This document shows, in pieces, positions 61,501 to 64,000 of a DNA stretch of 64,000 bases. Numbering within the stretch: the stretch's first letter is position 1; every line of letters starts with the position of its first letter. The stretch is from Chrysomallon squamiferum (Eukaryota; Animalia; Mollusca), in contig CM022678.1 in assembly GCA_012295275.1 (NCBI GenBank), positions 434,001-498,000 of the forward strand, in the 5' to 3' direction. Both the position numbers and the translations under genes were made by a program. The notes below the pieces were generated by a model that was not told the DNA's origin, made no database searches, and was given only the letters and a program-made list of their open reading frames with translations.

Positions 61501-62896
61501 GATGTTTAAACTGAGACAGTTGTAAAATGTGAGACAGTTGTAAAATGAGACAGCTGTAAAGTGTATGAGATGTTTAAACTGAGACAGTTGTAAAGTGAGA
61601 CAGTTGTATAGTGAGACAGTTGTAAAGTGTATGAGATATTTAAACTGAGACAGTTGTAAAAGTGAGACAGTTGTTTAAACTGAGACAGTTGTAAAAGTGT
61701 ATGTAGATGTTTAAACTGAGACAGTTGTAAAAGTGTATGTAGATGTTTAAACTGAGACAGTTGTAAAAGTGTATGTAGATGTTTAAACTGAGACAGTTGT
61801 AAAGTGTATGTAGATGTTTAAACTGAGACAGTTGTAAAGTGTATGTAGATGTTTAAACTGAGGCAGTTGTAAACTGAGACAGTTGTAAAGTGTATGTAGA
61901 TGTTTAAACTGAGACAGTTGTAAAAGTGTATGTAGATGTTTAAACTGAGACAGTTGTAAAAGTGTATGTAGATGTTTAAACTGAGACAGTTGTAAACTGA
62001 GACAATTGTAAAGTGTGTATGTAGATGTTTAAACTGAGACAGTTGTAAAAGTGTATGTAGATGTTTAAACTGAGACAGTTGTAAAGTGTATGTAGATGTT
62101 TAAACTGAGGCAGTTGTAAACTGAGACAGTTGTAAAGTGTATGTAGATGTTTAAACTGAGACAGTTGTAAAGTGTATGTAGATGTTTAAACTGAGACAGT
62201 TGTAAAGTGTATGTAGATGTTTAAACTGAGACAGTTGTAAAGTGTATGTAGATGTTTCAACTCAGACAGTTGCAAAGTGTATGTAGATGTTTAAACTGAG
62301 ACAATTGTAAAGTGTATGTAGATGTTTAACCTGAGACAGTTGTAAAGTGTATGTAGATGTTTAAACTGAGGCAGTTGTAAACTGAGACAGTTGTAAAGTG
62401 TATGTAGATGTTTAAACTGAGACAGTTGTAAAGTATATGTAGATGTTTAAACTGAGGCAGTTGTAAACTGAGACAGTTGTAAAGTGTATGTAGATGTTTA
62501 AACTGAGACAGTTGTAAAGTGTATGTAGATGTTTAAACTGAGATAGTTGTAAAGTGTATGTAGATGTTTAAACTGAGACAGTTGTAAAGTGTATGTAGAT
62601 GTTTAAACTGAGACAGTTGTAAAGTGTATGTAGATGTTTAAACTGAGACAATTATAAAGTGTATGTAGATGTTTAAACTGAGACGTTTGTAAAGTGTATG
62701 AGATGTTTAAACTGAGACAGTTGTAAAGTGAGACAGTTGTAAAGTGAGACAGCTGTAAAGTGTATGAGATGTTTAAACTGAGACAGTTGTAAAGTGAGAC
62801 AGTTTTATAGTGAGACAGTTGTAAAGTGTATGAGATGTTTAAACTGAGACAGTTGTAAAGTGAGACAGTTGTAAAGTGAGACAGCTGTAAAGTGAG
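58519..62896. repeat. ~4.4-kb composite minisatellite, 35-bp unit (16-bp AAACTGAGACAGTTGT + 19-bp AAAGTGTATGTAGATGTTT)
   Basis: 35-bp period with sporadic doubling of the 16-bp subunit. Confidence 0.97.
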
Positions 62897-64000
62897 TACT
62901 TCACTCTGTGAAGTGTTTTTAGCACAGACGGCTGTTAATGAAGAGACTTTTTGGCGATTCTCTTTCCGCGCGTGTTGCTTGGAAGATCTCTCGGCGGCCT
63001 CTCACACTAATGACTCTCTGTAGAAGTTTCTCACCGAGGACGACATTTCCTCTTCACGCCCTTGATACGTTCGTAACGTCACTCACTCTGAGAGGCAGTA
63101 AGCTTCGTACCATCGTTCATGCTCAAACACACCAACTAGTACAGATAGAGTTATTTATACAAGTACAGAGAAAGAAACAGATAGACACACTCTGATAAAT
63201 CACATGTAAAAAACGAATACAGACACACACAAACACGTGCACGAACATTTGTGCGATGAAACAGACACACATAAAAAAGGGAAGACAAAAAAGAAAGAAA
63301 CAGAATTAAATGCACTATGAAACTGACACACACACAAACAAACATAAATAAAAAATGATGTACGGACACATAAAAACTGATACACGTATAAGATACAGAG
63401 TCACATGAACACCACGTCACAGTGGGGGAAATTAGCCTAATTAACTGTCTCACAAAATTACTTCCCCTTATCTCCTAGCCTAAGGTTTCTGTTGTAATTG
63501 CCTCATTACGCTAAACGTGGCCTCCATTTCTCTGTCGGAACTGATGTTTGACCTTTTTTTTACCGGTGATTTCATCATTAAAATTAATATTCTAACACAA
63601 GTTTTGATTAAGAAAGATTGTACTGTTAATAATGAGAAATTCCTCTAGATGAGTCGAAGGGGAAGAGATTGATATTCTGAACGTGGAGAGACTCTGTTTG
63701 ATTCAGATGCATTGTTCAGTGAAGTGCAGTCGCACTGACGCAAGCCACATCATAATGAAGAGATTTCCAGAGTATAATGTCAAGTATGCCTAATTATCTC
63801 CCTTTGTTAGTAGTCACAACACACAATATAGAGATATACATTCTTTGTTAGTTGACACGCACAAGTACACAAATACACTAATATATAAAGACATATATAT
63901 TTAATATAATATATAAAGAAACATTCCTTGTTCCTAGAACACACAGGCACACACGATATGCAGATTTATATATTCTGACAGTAGACACACACAGACATAC

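Noticed and set aside
62938-63195. 85-aa ORF in a GC-richer patch
   Set aside because: No recognizable domain or splice context. It could be a UTR exon or regulatory island, but this is unsupported.
63650-63790. Exon-like block near the right edge
   Set aside because: No recognizable protein similarity, and stop codons follow the candidate acceptor in each frame.

Overview
Eukaryotic (animal) genomic DNA, most likely a mollusc or other lophotrochozoan (inferred from gene types and repeat style). The first 27 kb is the edge of a homogeneous 374-bp tandem satellite (~72 copies, CpG-rich, dense in dyad symmetries). It passes through a ~250-bp mosaic junction into a 30-bp minisatellite. Immediately after lies a complete four-coding-exon secreted C-type lectin gene (+ strand, ~173 aa, QPD/WND motifs). 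The rest is AT-rich DNA with at least 14 different minisatellites and many microsatellites, a truncated Tigger/pogo transposon, and a class A peptide-receptor-like GPCR gene on the - strand. The GPCR has a probable short terminal exon (ending ...TPQSWV), an intron carrying four regularly spaced CRE palindromes, and a probable 5' UTR exon ~7 kb upstream. Nearly all other ORFs in the track are translations of repeats. I found no clearly new biological system. The best leads are the centromere-like satellite with a polarized variant gradient and the GPCR's last intron and exon. All counts were done by eye.
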